Shown piece by piece: positions 52,577-64,000 of a DNA stretch of 64,000 bases. Within the stretch, counting starts at the first letter, position 1. Each line of letters begins with the position of its first letter. Both the position numbers and the translations under genes were made by a program. This DNA is from Octopus bimaculoides (lineage: Eukaryota), in NCBI RefSeq assembly GCF_001194135.2, contig NC_068990.1, positions 16,319,660 through 16,383,659 on the forward strand, given 5' to 3'. The notes below the pieces were generated by a model that was given only the letters and a program-made list of their open reading frames with translations, searched no databases and was not told the DNA's origin.

Positions 52577-52663
52577 AGAACAACATCCAGCAAAATTCAA
52601 TGTATTATAGACAAATGGAAAAAGAAAACTTTTCTCAACCAAGCAAGAAGTTGGAACATGTAA
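52577..52663 (+). CDS. Probable second coding exon of the ankyrin gene (RTTSSKIQCIIDKWKKKTFLNQARSWNM*); exon continues to a donor at 52673/52674
   Basis: catatttacag acceptor; the phase-0 reading ends at TAA 52661-52663; CTG|gtaagt 10 nt later. A phase-1 frame is also open through the whole exon. Confidence 0.55.
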   Translation, partial: RTTSSKIQCIIDKWKKKTFLNQARSWNM

Positions 52664-53283
52664 AGGACTTCTGGTAAGTTTTGGGATTGTTTTGTATTTT
52701 TTGTTGCTGTCATGCATGTATAATGTGTGTATGTTATGTTAATGCTTGATTTTATTAGAAGATTGAAGCTTTTGTGGTGAAGATGGGGCTAGTAAGAAGA
52801 GAGCTTGGTGTTTGATGACATGAAGCATCTATCTAGGGAATGATGCAATGTGATATCTGTGATGTCATTTGTATATAATGCTGTGTGTCTGTTTTGTGGT
52901 GAGGAGGTGAGGTCCTGAAGGTTAAATTGAAAAGAACAAACAAAAGGATGGCGCCTTTCCATACACATCATCATCATCATCCTCATTGTTACTTTAACAA
53001 TGGTTTGACAGAATTCCTCAAGGCAGATTTGATTTTTTTATGACTAGCTACCCTTCATCCTGTAGCCAATCCCCACTTGTTTCCAAGCAAGGTAATATTT
53101 CCCTGTGGTTGGAATATGTGCATAAAGATTAATATTTTGGGATACATGTCTCATGATTAGAATTTTTTTAGGGTGTGTAAAGAGAGAAAGAACCCTCATG
53201 TGCAATTTTGATGAAATTCGAATCATATCTATTCCAGTTCCTTACAGAATATATAAGAGAAAAGTCTCATCCTTCAATTGCAT

Positions 53284-53316
53284 GTAACACGGTCAACGCC
53301 GGGTATCTCTGCTAGT
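53284..53316 (+). mobile_element. Helitron-like 3' terminus
   Basis: GC-rich ACGGTCAACGCCGGGT followed by CTAG|T. Confidence 0.5.
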
Positions 53317-53318
53317 AT

Positions 53319-53360
<42 letters not shown>

Positions 53361-54828
53361 NNNNNNNNNNNNNNNNNNNNNNNNNNNNNNNNNNNNNNNN
53401 NNNNNNNNNNNNNNNNNNNNNNNNNNNNNNNNNNNNNNNNNNNNNNNNNNNNNNNNTAATAGATACAGACAATTAGTGCCCAGACCAGACCATATACCTA
53501 AAACCCAATGACAGATAAAGGGAGATGGAATCCAGGCAAATTACAAATTGAGTTAATGAAAATACAATAGAACAAGATATAAGATGGACAGGCTGTTGTG
53601 AAATGCATCAAAGCTTTTATAAAATACTTATACAAAAGTGAGTTTAAATTGTATGAACACTCACCCTATTTTCATGTACATTTGCTAATGCTAATCTACT
53701 TCATATATATGTATTTACAATGCACAATACTGCACTTAATGAGCACCAAACCACAGAAACAGCTGTAAAGGTTTACTTGTGTTCTCCACCCTCTTACTTG
53801 TGAGGTTCAAGTATGAACTTTCTTGATATTTACCTGCCTACCCATGAAGAACCACTACAAAGGACTACATGAACTTTTAGGTAGCTTTGCAGATGGTAGT
53901 TGAAATTATGTAAATTTTAAGGAATTCTTTGGTTACAGAAGATATCATATATATCCACTGTGTAAGTTTTTCTGTCCCCACCATAGTGCTACTCACCTCA
54001 CACTTTGAAAGTCCACACATATACCCCATCACCTCTTTTTATCTCTTCTTCACTCAATCCTGAACATTCCTTGCCTCACATCTCAAATGTGAGTAGCTAC
54101 GTGCCCCCCCCCCCACTCTACTACAAAAAACGTGTTCTGCTCTGGCCCTTCTCTCATACCTTAACCCCTCATCTCCAAGCATAAAGCCACCTCTCCTGGG
54201 GTTTGTAATTTTGCAAGATGCACAGTAACCTCACTTGTGCTGGTGGCATGAAAAATACACCCAGTATACTCTGTATAGTGGTTGGTGTAAGGAAAAGCAT
54301 TAAGCATAGAAACCATGCCAAAGTAAGACATTGGAACATGATGCTGTCCGTGGACCAATCCAACAACCCATACCAGCATGGAGGAAATGATGATGATGAT
54401 GATGATAATGATGATGACTAGTGTATTTATTTGAAGCTGGGTATGTTGGTTTTTGATGTAAAAGTTGGAGTCATGAAGCCTTGCCTAGGGAGTGGTGGGA
54501 TGAGATATAAATGTAAGATCATTGTGTAAATTTTGTGAGGAATACAGTGATGTTGTTGAACCAATCCATGACAGCATGGAAAATGATGATGATGTACTGC
54601 AGTATCTACATTTGTATTTTCCTCATGTTGCCAAATGTATTCATAAGAACCTCCATAACCTCTGGTACAAAACAAAGGTGACTTAACACCTGTTTTCATT
54701 TAGTTTCCTGTTTATTTCTGTTACACTCATATCATGTGTGGCTAAACATAATGGCTGTAGAGGTGATAATGGTGATGTCTGTTATTCAAGTCTTCAAATA
54801 TTTATAGAAAATGTTGTTTAATACTTAC

Positions 54829-54972
54829 TTCACTGCTACTTTGCTTAACTAATTCTTTATTGCTTTTATAAATGCAAAGTTTGGATTTGTTGGTTCTTGC
54901 AGAAAAACTTCTAAATGGACTCCTTAGACAGCTTCGCTCTACTTTCTCAAACACTAAACTTTCTGAATATTC
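54829..54972 (-). CDS. Internal exon of minus-strand gene (EYSESLVFEKVERSCLRSPFRSFSARTNKSKLCIYKSNKELVKQSSSE)
   Basis: tttacatttacttgcag| ... GAA|gtaagt; 144 nt open, phase 0 to 0. Confidence 0.75.
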
Positions 54973-55399
54973 CTGCAAGTAAATGTAAATCAGAAATGTA
55001 ACATTACTACTTAGTGTTGCCAGCATGAGATGCCTATGGCAGTAGTAAACTAAGGAAGATGAGCCAGTGAGAAGCTGCCAAATCTCTCACAAAGTCCCAC
55101 TGCTAAAATAACATGTTGGATTATGCAGTTTGGAGTACACTCATCATCATCAATGTTCATTTATCCAGGCTTGCATAGGTCAGACAGTTTGTTGAGACAG
55201 ATATTCTACATCTGAGTGTGCTTCCTGTTGCCAACCTTTACCTGTTTCCAAGCAAACTAATATTTCCCCATAGCCAGACATGTGTTTCACATAAAACTGG
55301 TTGACAACCATCACACAATGTCAAGACATGACAGTGCACACACATGCGCACAACACATGCATGCACACACACAATATAATGACATGGTCTTGGTTATTT

Positions 55400-56470
55400 G
55401 TCATTGCCTCCGTGAAGCCCAGCACTTAAAAGGAGCTTTTCACGTGCTATTAGCTTTGGCCACATTGCCTCCGTAAGGCCCAATGCTCAAAAGGTGCTTT
55501 TTATGTGCCAGTTATGTGACACCAGCATCGGCCACAACTATGTTTTCCCTTGGCTTGATGGGTGTTCTCAAGCATTGCATATCGCCAAAGGTCTCGGTCA
55601 CTAGTCATTGCCTCTGTGAGGCCCAAAATTTGAAAATCATGCTTCACCACCTCATCCCATGTCTTCCTGGGTCTACCTCTATCACAAGTTCCCTCCACAG
55701 TTAGAGATTGGAACTTCTTTACAGAGCTGTCCTTTTCCATGCACATCACATGACCATACCAGTGCAGTCATCTCTCTTGCACACCACAGTCAATGCCTCT
55801 CATGCTCAACTTTTCTCTCAAGATGCTTATATATATATATATATATATGTACACATATCTTTGGGCCTCACCGAGGCGATGACTACTGACCGAGACCTTT
55901 GGAAATGTGCTGTGTGTGAGAAGACCCGGCAAGCCAAGTAAGATCGTTGCCAGTGCCCCTGGACTGGCTCTTGTGCGGGTGGCACATGAGATGCACCATT
56001 TTGAGCGTGGCCGTTGCCAGTACCGCCTGACTGGCTCCCGTAGGATTTTCGAGTTAGATCGTTGCCAGTGCCCCTGGACTGGCTTGTGCGGGTGGCACAT
56101 AAAAGACACCATTTCGAGTGTGGCCGTTTTCGTGCGGGTGACACGTAAAAGCACCCACTACACTCTCTGAGTGGTTGGCGTTAGGAAGGGCATCCAGCTG
56201 TAGAAACTCTGCCAAANNNNNNNNNNCCCCTGGACTGGCTTGTGCGGGTGGCACATAAAAGACACCATTTCGAGTGTGGCCGTTTTCGTGCGGGTGACAC
56301 GTAAAAGCACCCACTACACTCTCTGAGTGGTTGGCGTTAGGAAGGGCATCCAGCTGTAGAAACTCTGCCAAATTAGATTGGAGCCTGGTGTTGCCATCTG
56401 GTTTCACCAGTCCTCAGTCAAATGTCCAACCCATGCTAGCATGGAAAGCGGACGTTAAACGACGATGATG
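55400..56470. mobile_element. Divergently oriented RTE 3' fragments (55400-55830 minus; 55860-56470 plus) joined at (TA)n
   Basis: Both encode LGLTEAMT.DRDLW; the plus copy is CpG-rich and carries tandem modules. Confidence 0.8.
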
Positions 56471-56564
56471 ATGATGATGATGATATATATATATATATAT
56501 ATATGCTATAGCCCCAACCAACCGTGGACTTGGTGAATGGAAACTGATGTAGATATGTGTACAT

Positions 56565-56602
<38 letters not shown>

Positions 56603-57943
56603 GGAAAGCGGACATTAAACGATGATGATGATGATGATGATATGTACACATATCTACATCAGTTTCCATTCACCAAATCCACTCACAAGTCTTTGGTTGG
56701 TTGGGGCTATAGCTGAAGACACTTGCCCAAAGCACCATGCAGTGAGACTGAACCCAAGACTGTGTGGTTGAGAAACAAGCTACTTAATCTCACAGCTATG
56801 TTTGTGTACAGACTTAGAAAAGAACTCCAAAATGACTGGAAGTTTTTTTTTTTTTTAATCTTTTTAATCAGGAGGGAAGGTAGTGCCCTCAACTTTTTAC
56901 AAAGCCTTGGAGACTTTAGGTGGGAGGGAAAGAAGGCGGAAAGTGTCCTTGAACTGGAAGCCTGGCCAGAATGCTTGCAATAGAGTGGATTCTATTAAAG
57001 GTAGCCAAGTAGTGGTGTTAAACTGGGTATTGGGTTAAGTCTGCCACCCAGATAGACCATGGTGGGACTTGAAATCAGACTACAAAAACCAAAACAAATT
57101 TACAAGGCATCTAATCTACTGTTCTTACAATTCTACCAATTGATTGCCTTTGGTTTTGTTTTTTTTTTATCAATCCTGACAGGATGAGACTCAAAGTACA
57201 CCTTGGCTGAATTTGAACTTAGATTGCAAAGTTGAAATAAATATTGGCAGAGCATTCTGTCTGACTCTGCCAGTTTACTGGTAGTTCATAGATCTGCTCA
57301 GTCATGGCTGATTTAGGGACTAAACAACTAACAAAGACTTGGGTGACACAACTGAGAGAGTTCAGAACTAGGAATTCTGAAGAGCTATAAACCCATCCAA
57401 CCCATGTTTATTATGACACTGAGGCCTATCTATTGGAACCTGGATATGACTGGAGAAATTTTGCAAGAATTATTAATCAGACAACTCTACTAATATGGAA
57501 ATGTTATATTTCTGGATGATAATGCTTAGTATTTGTGAAAGAGAGTGACATTATTGTGTGGGTGAGAAGTTCACTTCCTAACCATATGGTTTCAGTTTCA
57601 ATCCCGCAGCATGATACATCAAGCAAGTGACTCTTACTATAACTCTGAACTGATCAAAGCCATGGAAAACAGGAAAGGTTTAGTGTCAGGACAGACACCC
57701 AATTGTAAAAAAGATGCTTCAGATAATAACATATTTGTCCAACCCATGCAAGCATGGAAAAACAAACATAAAACAAAATGAAAAAATTGAATGAATTGGA
57801 TGGTATAAGATGACATGAGGTGACAATAGTAAAGAATAGCTAAGGAAGAGAGATAGCTTGAAGTAGCTTTCTGGCATGAAATACTTATACTAATACATTG
57901 TTCTCTTAATATTTTCACACGTATGTAAATTTCAAATTAAGTT

Positions 57944-57991
<48 letters not shown>
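57944..57991. repeat. (TAC)n microsatellite
   Basis: Direct reading. Confidence 0.95.
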
Positions 57992-58103
57992 ATTCAAAAA
58001 TGCACTTGGGACAACCAAAACACTTCTTGGTGGCCCACATTGCAGGTCTCAGTATGCTGTCAAAATAGTAGCTCTATGCAAATATTAAGGAATCTATGAT
58101 TAA

Positions 58104-58323
58104 CCCCTTAACTTTTAGATTACTCTGTCAAATGTAATGCTTATCTATTCACATTGTTTTGAATTAATTATGCATTATCTTATAGTTTTGAGATGTTGGT
58201 GATGTGATCGTTTATTTTTTTAATGATATTGTAGGGTAGGTATGAGAGGCCAAATCTGGCTGGTTCCAGCATAAAACTGTTGAAATATCTAAGCCACATA
58301 AGGCTAATTTAAATGCTAAAGAG
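58104..58323. mobile_element. piggyBac-like MITE
   Basis: TTAA|CCCCTTA... and ...AATGCTAAAGAG|TTAA. Confidence 0.55.
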
Positions 58324-58367
58324 TTAAAAGAGAAGTTAAAGGAAAATTTAATGAAATAAATGCATAC

Positions 58368-58456
58368 TGATGTCTTTATTCCCTTCACTAATGGAAAAAT
58401 GAATTTGGCAAGATGATCTTCTTTCTTGCCAGCCATAGAGGGAAATAAACAATCAA
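58368..58456 (-). CDS. Internal exon of minus-strand gene (DCLFPSMAGKKEDHLAKFIFPLVKGIKTS)
   Basis: ttattgtaatttttcag| ... TCA|gtatgc; 89 nt, phase 1 to 0, matching 54972. Confidence 0.65.
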
Positions 58457-59716
58457 CTGAAAAATTACAATAAAACATATATTTCACAAATATTTGCAAA
58501 TGTATCTAGTGCATATCATAATTAAGTGATGGGCTTTAACTCTTTTGATACAAATCTGCTTGAAACTAACTTTGGTTTAGTGATACAAATTTCCTGTTTA
58601 AAAGTGATCTAAATTAAAACTTTCCATCAAAATTTCATAGTAATTTATGTTCCAAACATCAACTTAAAATGACAGTTATTTTAGTGAGTTATTTTATTAT
58701 GAACTGAAACAAAGACTGTGTAGTTCAACAAAAATATGGTAGAAAAATGATTGAAGTCATTATGACAAGTCTTCTCAGATCATATAGAGTCGCAGGGCTG
58801 GTTTCCTGATTTCTGTGGTGCATATATTACCCTCTGGGTAGGATGCCAGTCTGTCACAGGAATTAGATACACCAATACAATGTATCTAATGATCTGTATT
58901 AAAAACCTTCCTTCAAAATTTCTTGCTAATTCATGTTCCAAATAGCAGCTTAATAATGAGAAAGCTATTTTATTAAATCTTCATTATTTTCAAAAACGTA
59001 TTGAAATATATACAGTGTATTTACACAGAAATATGGTAAGAAAAAAAAATGGATTTATAAAATGTAACCTAAAATATTTTCATGTTTAGCAAGTGCTGTC
59101 TCTGATATATAAACACACACGCACGCATGCGTGCGCGTGTTTAATGTCCATCTTTTGTTTTTTGAAGGTCTGTAACTACTCAGTGTCCAAATATTTTCTG
59201 ACTCTAAAGAGAAAGTTTAACTTTTATGATACAGTTAAAGCTATGATATTGATGCATGACCACTATAAAAGATTATGAGATTGTAGTACCAAGTATTTAT
59301 AAGTTTTGTTAAGGTTTTTAGTTATGTGTTCTCCATGTTTTTGTTGTTTAGCCTCAGATCAGCACTGATAAGTATAAACCAGTGATTCTCATGCTTTTGT
59401 AACTCAGTCTTTTACAAATACCCTTTTCCAAAAAAAAAAAGAAAAGAAAAGGGTGCTGCGTCTTATCTCTCATATTTTTTTGCACTATCCCATCTAGCAT
59501 ATATTTGGGTTTATTTCATATATTTATGTGGAGAAATCCCATTTATGTTAAATTTTTATGGAAAATACTAAAGGCAAAGACTCTTATTTGGAAATTATAT
59601 TGGATCTTGGTGTATCATCAGTCATGTTTTTTACTCACAAATAACAATGTCAAACTTCTATTTAAATGTTAATAAAGGATTTTTTTGAAAATGTATTTAA
59701 AATATAATTACATTAC

Positions 59717-59736
59717 CTGAGTTAAATATTTTATTT
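59717..59736 (-). CDS. Candidate 20-nt microexon (NKIFNS)
   Basis: cttgttgttttccttag| ... CAG|gtaatg; a phase 2 to 1 reading joins the 58456 exon. Confidence 0.3.
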
Positions 59737-60574
59737 CTAAGGAAAACAACAAGTTCCTATCATTAAGCACTCAGAACCTTACCCCATAGCATAGTCTTGA
59801 CATTTACCACCTTCTTCTGAGCCTATAATACCCCCAAGAAAGTACTTGACCAAGTTCAAAAATAGTGAAGTAGGCCTATGTTCAAAGTATTCTAGCTACA
59901 ACCATCATATCTTATTTTTAGACAGTGTGTCCAGTACTACATTATCTAATATGTCCTTCCTTTTCTAAAGATGTTAAGGTGTGATCTGTCAAAGATTTAG
60001 CTGCTATTTCTAGTTGTTCAAGTAGCAACTCCTTCATTGCCTCAGTGGGGAAGATTTATCTGGAAGAAGTAGTTTAAGTGATGCTTCTGAGAAAGAAGTG
60101 AATCAGGACCAATACAAATGATAGAAAAAAATCAAAAGATATTTGGAAAAATAAATTTGCATTTTTCAGTAATAGATTATTTTCTCTGCTCTTTTCATTA
60201 TAGAACATCTGTTGGAATGGATTAATATTTATGTAAATATTCATTTGAAGCTCTTGTAACAATCTCTTTGTTGGTTCTGCAAGCATTGACTTGTGTAAAG
60301 AATTATATTTGTTCTTTTCATTCAAAAACAAAAAGAAAAAAAAAGGAAAATAGTTACTATGACATATGTGATTTATTAAGAACCAAAATTATTATTAGTT
60401 TTCTAATTAGTTATTGTCCTCTAATTCCACCTACGTATTTTAGTCCTTTTTAGTAACTGACACTTTGCAGTGATATTTATTCCTTTAGTTATCAAAAACT
60501 TTGGCATTTTCCTTTGACACTAGACCATAAATTTATTATGGGGTAGGAGTGCTAAGCAGTGGTGTGTATAAATA

Positions 60575-61123
60575 CAATGTTATGGCCAGTTCAAATATGC
60601 TTGCGGCATGTTTGAACTCGTAAACAAGCCATTCATTGAGAAAAGTTTTCACTGTAGACAAATGGTGTAAATACACCTAAATCAGCTCACAGCACCACCT
60701 ACCCAGACTGTGAGATGCAAGCATTTCAGAGTGGTTATCTCCTCTTCAGTCACAGCAACATGAAAGGGTGCGCTGTGAGCTGACAAGAGAGATAGTCTCT
60801 CTTATGCTATTCCAGGCATCATATGATGACTAGTAGCATTAATCGGTGGCTCACCATAAACAAATTATTGTGTGGGAGTGCTAAGCAGTGATGTGTATAA
60901 ATGTAAAATCACTGTGCACCCTGTTTGGTTTCTGTGACTGAAGAGGAGATAACCACTCCCAACTGCTTGCATCTCACAATCTGGGTAGGTGGCATTGCGA
61001 GCTGATTTAGGTGTATTTACACCATTTGTCTACAGTGAGAAATTTTCTCTATGACAAAACAGTGAATGGCTTTCTTAAAGGTTCGAACATGCCACAAGCA
61101 TATTTGATCTGGTAATAACATTG
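60575..61123. repeat. Fold-back element: about 205-bp inverted arms, 130-bp spacer
   Basis: 60575-60778 vs 60909-61123 reverse complement, roughly 85% by eye, with long perfect blocks. Confidence 0.85.
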
Positions 61124-61379
61124 CACATAAATTTATTGTTAAGAATTATAGCTAATAGAATCAACCACACTATATGCATGGCATTTATTTTGTTGACTTG
61201 TCTTCCCTACTTTCCCTCCAACATCAACTAGCCCTCAACCTGTTCTTCATTATATATGCCACCCCCCCCTCTTTATTCCCCAACTCTAACCAACTCTCAC
61301 TCTCCCCACCAACCTTCACTCTCTGTTCTGTCTCAACCCATATTCACATTCTTGTATCGTAAGGGGGCCATCCTAACAC

Positions 61380-61417
<38 letters not shown>

Positions 61418-63154
61418 TTAAAGTACTTGTTCCATGCAAGCATGGGTTACACTGTTTGATCAGATCCAACAGGACAAAGAACTGTGTCATATTCCAGTGT
61501 CGGCTTTGGCATGGTTTCTATGACTGAATGCTCTTTCTAATGTCAACCATTTTTCAGTGTGTATTGTATACTTTTTTCATGACACCTACACTAGAGAGGC
61601 CACCAAGTAACCTGCAAGACAAGCTAACCCTCGACTAAGTGGGAGTATAGTTAAAAAAGTGGAAGGTGGTTTTATGTCAGGTGTTTAGAGGCTAAAATAT
61701 GACGTGGACAACCACGTGTGTCATGCTATAGTGGAGATATGTGGCTACTGTGCATTATATAAGGGTGGGTGTGAATAGCTGGAAAGAATATAACAATTAA
61801 TCATCACCGTTTTATTTGTTTCTTGCTCCACCCTGGTTACTTCCACCCACTTTTCCATAATGAGAGTAGCCATGTGGCTCCTTTACAGCAAGAAGTCTAT
61901 TTTGTTTTGGCCCTTTGTTTCCTACTTTAACCCTCTCATCCCTCAGCATAAAGCCACCTTCCTCTCTACTTTAACCCTATTCATTTAAAGGGGATCTTAG
62001 TCTTGCAAGCTGCAGGACGACTTTTCTAGTGTTGGTGTCATTGTGTAAAGTGGTGTTAGGAAGGGCAACCAGCTATAGAAACCATGCTAAAGCAGGCATT
62101 AGAGCTCTGTCAAATCATCCAGCATGTTCCAGTATGGGTTGGACATTTCAAAGATGATAATGACATCAAGATGGTTCAAAAAGAAGAGTCATCTTCAGCA
62201 ATATTTAAATTCCAAAAGCTGAGCTGGAAACAAAGATTATAGTTCAATGCTGCTTCACTGTGTTCACCATTTCACAGTTGTAAGTTATTGAAACATTAGT
62301 TTACAGCCAACAGCTATCACCTCTCAACATCTGGCCAACCATAAAAAAGTTTTTATGGTGTTCTTCTAGAATTACTGTTTTGTAACTTTGAAATTTTCTT
62401 TATTTCTTTTGCTTGTTGTTTGTGGAGGTTATAAAAATCCTGTCTGTTTCATATCTAAAGCTGCTTTCCCATATGGAAATACTATAAATTAAAAAAAAAT
62501 TTTAAATAGATAAATAAATAAAACTAATTATCTTGGTGTACACAACTGAAAAAGCATTGAATTAAAATAGCCATTTATGTGTCATACTTGATATCTGAGA
62601 GAAACAAATCTCTTCATAGACTTGTGTTAAAAATTTCATTTACACATGTGAAAAGTAGGTACACATCATTGACAACTCCTAAGAAGGCTGAAACATGCTT
62701 GATATTCCTGTGAGTCACTGTTAGGGTAATATTAATCTCTTTGATATTTATTACATTTTTAATATATGTCTATGAAAAAATTTTCTCTCATACAAAACCT
62801 CAGCATTATGGCTTTCAATGGTTAAGTACAGTACACAGATGACCATTTTAAAAGAAATTATTTTTCCTAATGGTCCCTTATTTAATGCACCCTAAACTTG
62901 TCTGTTTGTCAGTATATATAATCATCATCATCGTTTAATGTCCGTTTTCCATGTTGGCATGGGTTGGACAGTTTGACTGGGGACTGGCAAGCCAGGAGGC
63001 CGCACAAGGCTCCAATCTGATCTGGCAATGTTTCCACAGCTGGATGCCCTACCTAATGCCAACACCTTCAGGAGTGTAGTGAGTGCTTTTTATGTGCCAC
63101 CGTAATAATATTTTTAGATAATGAAATAAATGTTATGCTTTAAAATTATCTTAC

Positions 63155-63207
63155 CGGCCTACTCTGTGCTGCATTTTCATAATGTTCTTTCTGATATTTC
63201 AGGTGAT
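63155..63207 (-). CDS. Candidate upstream exon of minus-strand gene (HLKYQKEHYENAAQSRP)
   Basis: (ctt)n polypyrimidine tract + cgtcaag acceptor; CCG|gtaaga donor; one open frame, phase 1 to 0. The link to downstream exons is not established. Confidence 0.45.
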
Positions 63208-63889
63208 CTTGACGAAGAAGAAGAAGAAGAAGCATAGCAAAAATATTTGAAAATATTGTATTCCTTGCATTGAAGTCTGTGTGGTTTAGAAGTTTTGCTT
63301 AGCATCCACATGGTTCTGAACTGTCTCTCAATTCATGTTATCTTGAAGCATGTGTTTTCTACCAAACCTTTGGCTCAACTCAACTTTTGTGAATGAAGTT
63401 GGATAGATGAAAATCCAACACCACCATCTAACCCTTGGGTTCCTTTAGCAAAATTCACTGTTACAAATATTTGAATTCAGTTCCCATTCTGATGATAACT
63501 TAGTTTATTCGTTTGCTTCTTCCTGCTATTGCAAACTCATGAGTCATGGTTTCTTGCCCCACCCTAGTCTTGGAGGCCTGCCGAAAATGGTGATGAGTTT
63601 CACTCTTCCCCTCTAACCATGCTATAATTAATATTCAGAAAAAACTTCATTTAGGATTTTATCTGCAGCTTTGGCTTAACTTGTGGGGAAGAGGAAAGTC
63701 CATTCAAAAGACTGTGTTCCCTGATTTAAGACCGCCTACTGATCCTTGGGTGCTTTTAGTAAAGTGGAAATGAACCTAGAACCATGAAGTGAATTTCTTA
63801 ACCACACTGCCATACCTGTTCCTAAAGAATAAAAGCATACATAAAAATACAAATATGAGATGTAAAAACAGTTTTGAGTTGCAAGTTTA

Positions 63890-63911
63890 TCTATATATAT
63901 AAAAATGAGAA

Positions 63912-64000
<89 letters not shown>
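63890..64000 (+). mobile_element. Helitron/Helentron-like 5' end with (CTGT)n microsatellite, running off the window
   Basis: A|TCTATATATATAAAAATGAGAATG followed by (TCTG)n. Confidence 0.55.

Noticed and set aside
56070-56370. Exact tandem duplication of about 145 bp
   Set aside because: The copies abut a 10-N gap, the typical signature of unmerged contig overlap.
55940-56400. Spaced GC-rich repeats superficially like a CRISPR array
   Set aside because: Units are the modular 3' region of an RTE-associated repeat seen many times in this animal DNA; there are no unique spacers or cas genes.
60074-60331. 85-aa minus ORF after a poly-T tract
   Set aside because: No convincing acceptor AG or phase-compatible donor; left unassigned.

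Overview
AT-rich, repeat-dense eukaryotic (animal) genomic DNA with five N-gaps. The SINE, RTE and mariner complement looks cephalopod (Octopus-like); that assignment is an inference. Genes: (1) the 3' end of an extracellular heparan-sulfate 6-O-endosulfatase (Sulf1/2-like) on +, with exons 6384-6526 and 8166-8283, two candidate terminal exons and a long 3' UTR; (2) an unrecognised multi-exon gene on -, hand-assembled from phase-compatible exons between about 63.2 kb and a stop at 25473; (3) an ankyrin-repeat gene on +, whose 11 ANK repeats sit in one 1.3-kb CpG-rich exon (47876/47900-49198) nested antisense in the 13.3-kb intron of gene 2, with a likely small second exon at 52577. The rest is tRNA-SINEs, RTE/CR1-like LINE fossils, Tc1/mariner, hAT, piggyBac-, MULE- and Harbinger-like MITEs, Helitron-like ends and microsatellites. 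Notable structures: a long inverted duplication (40181-41016 / 50744-51750) bracketing the ankyrin exon, several perfect or long hairpins, a 39-bp in-place microinversion and a template-switch scar. All exon models, counts and alignments were made by eye; no database search was run.
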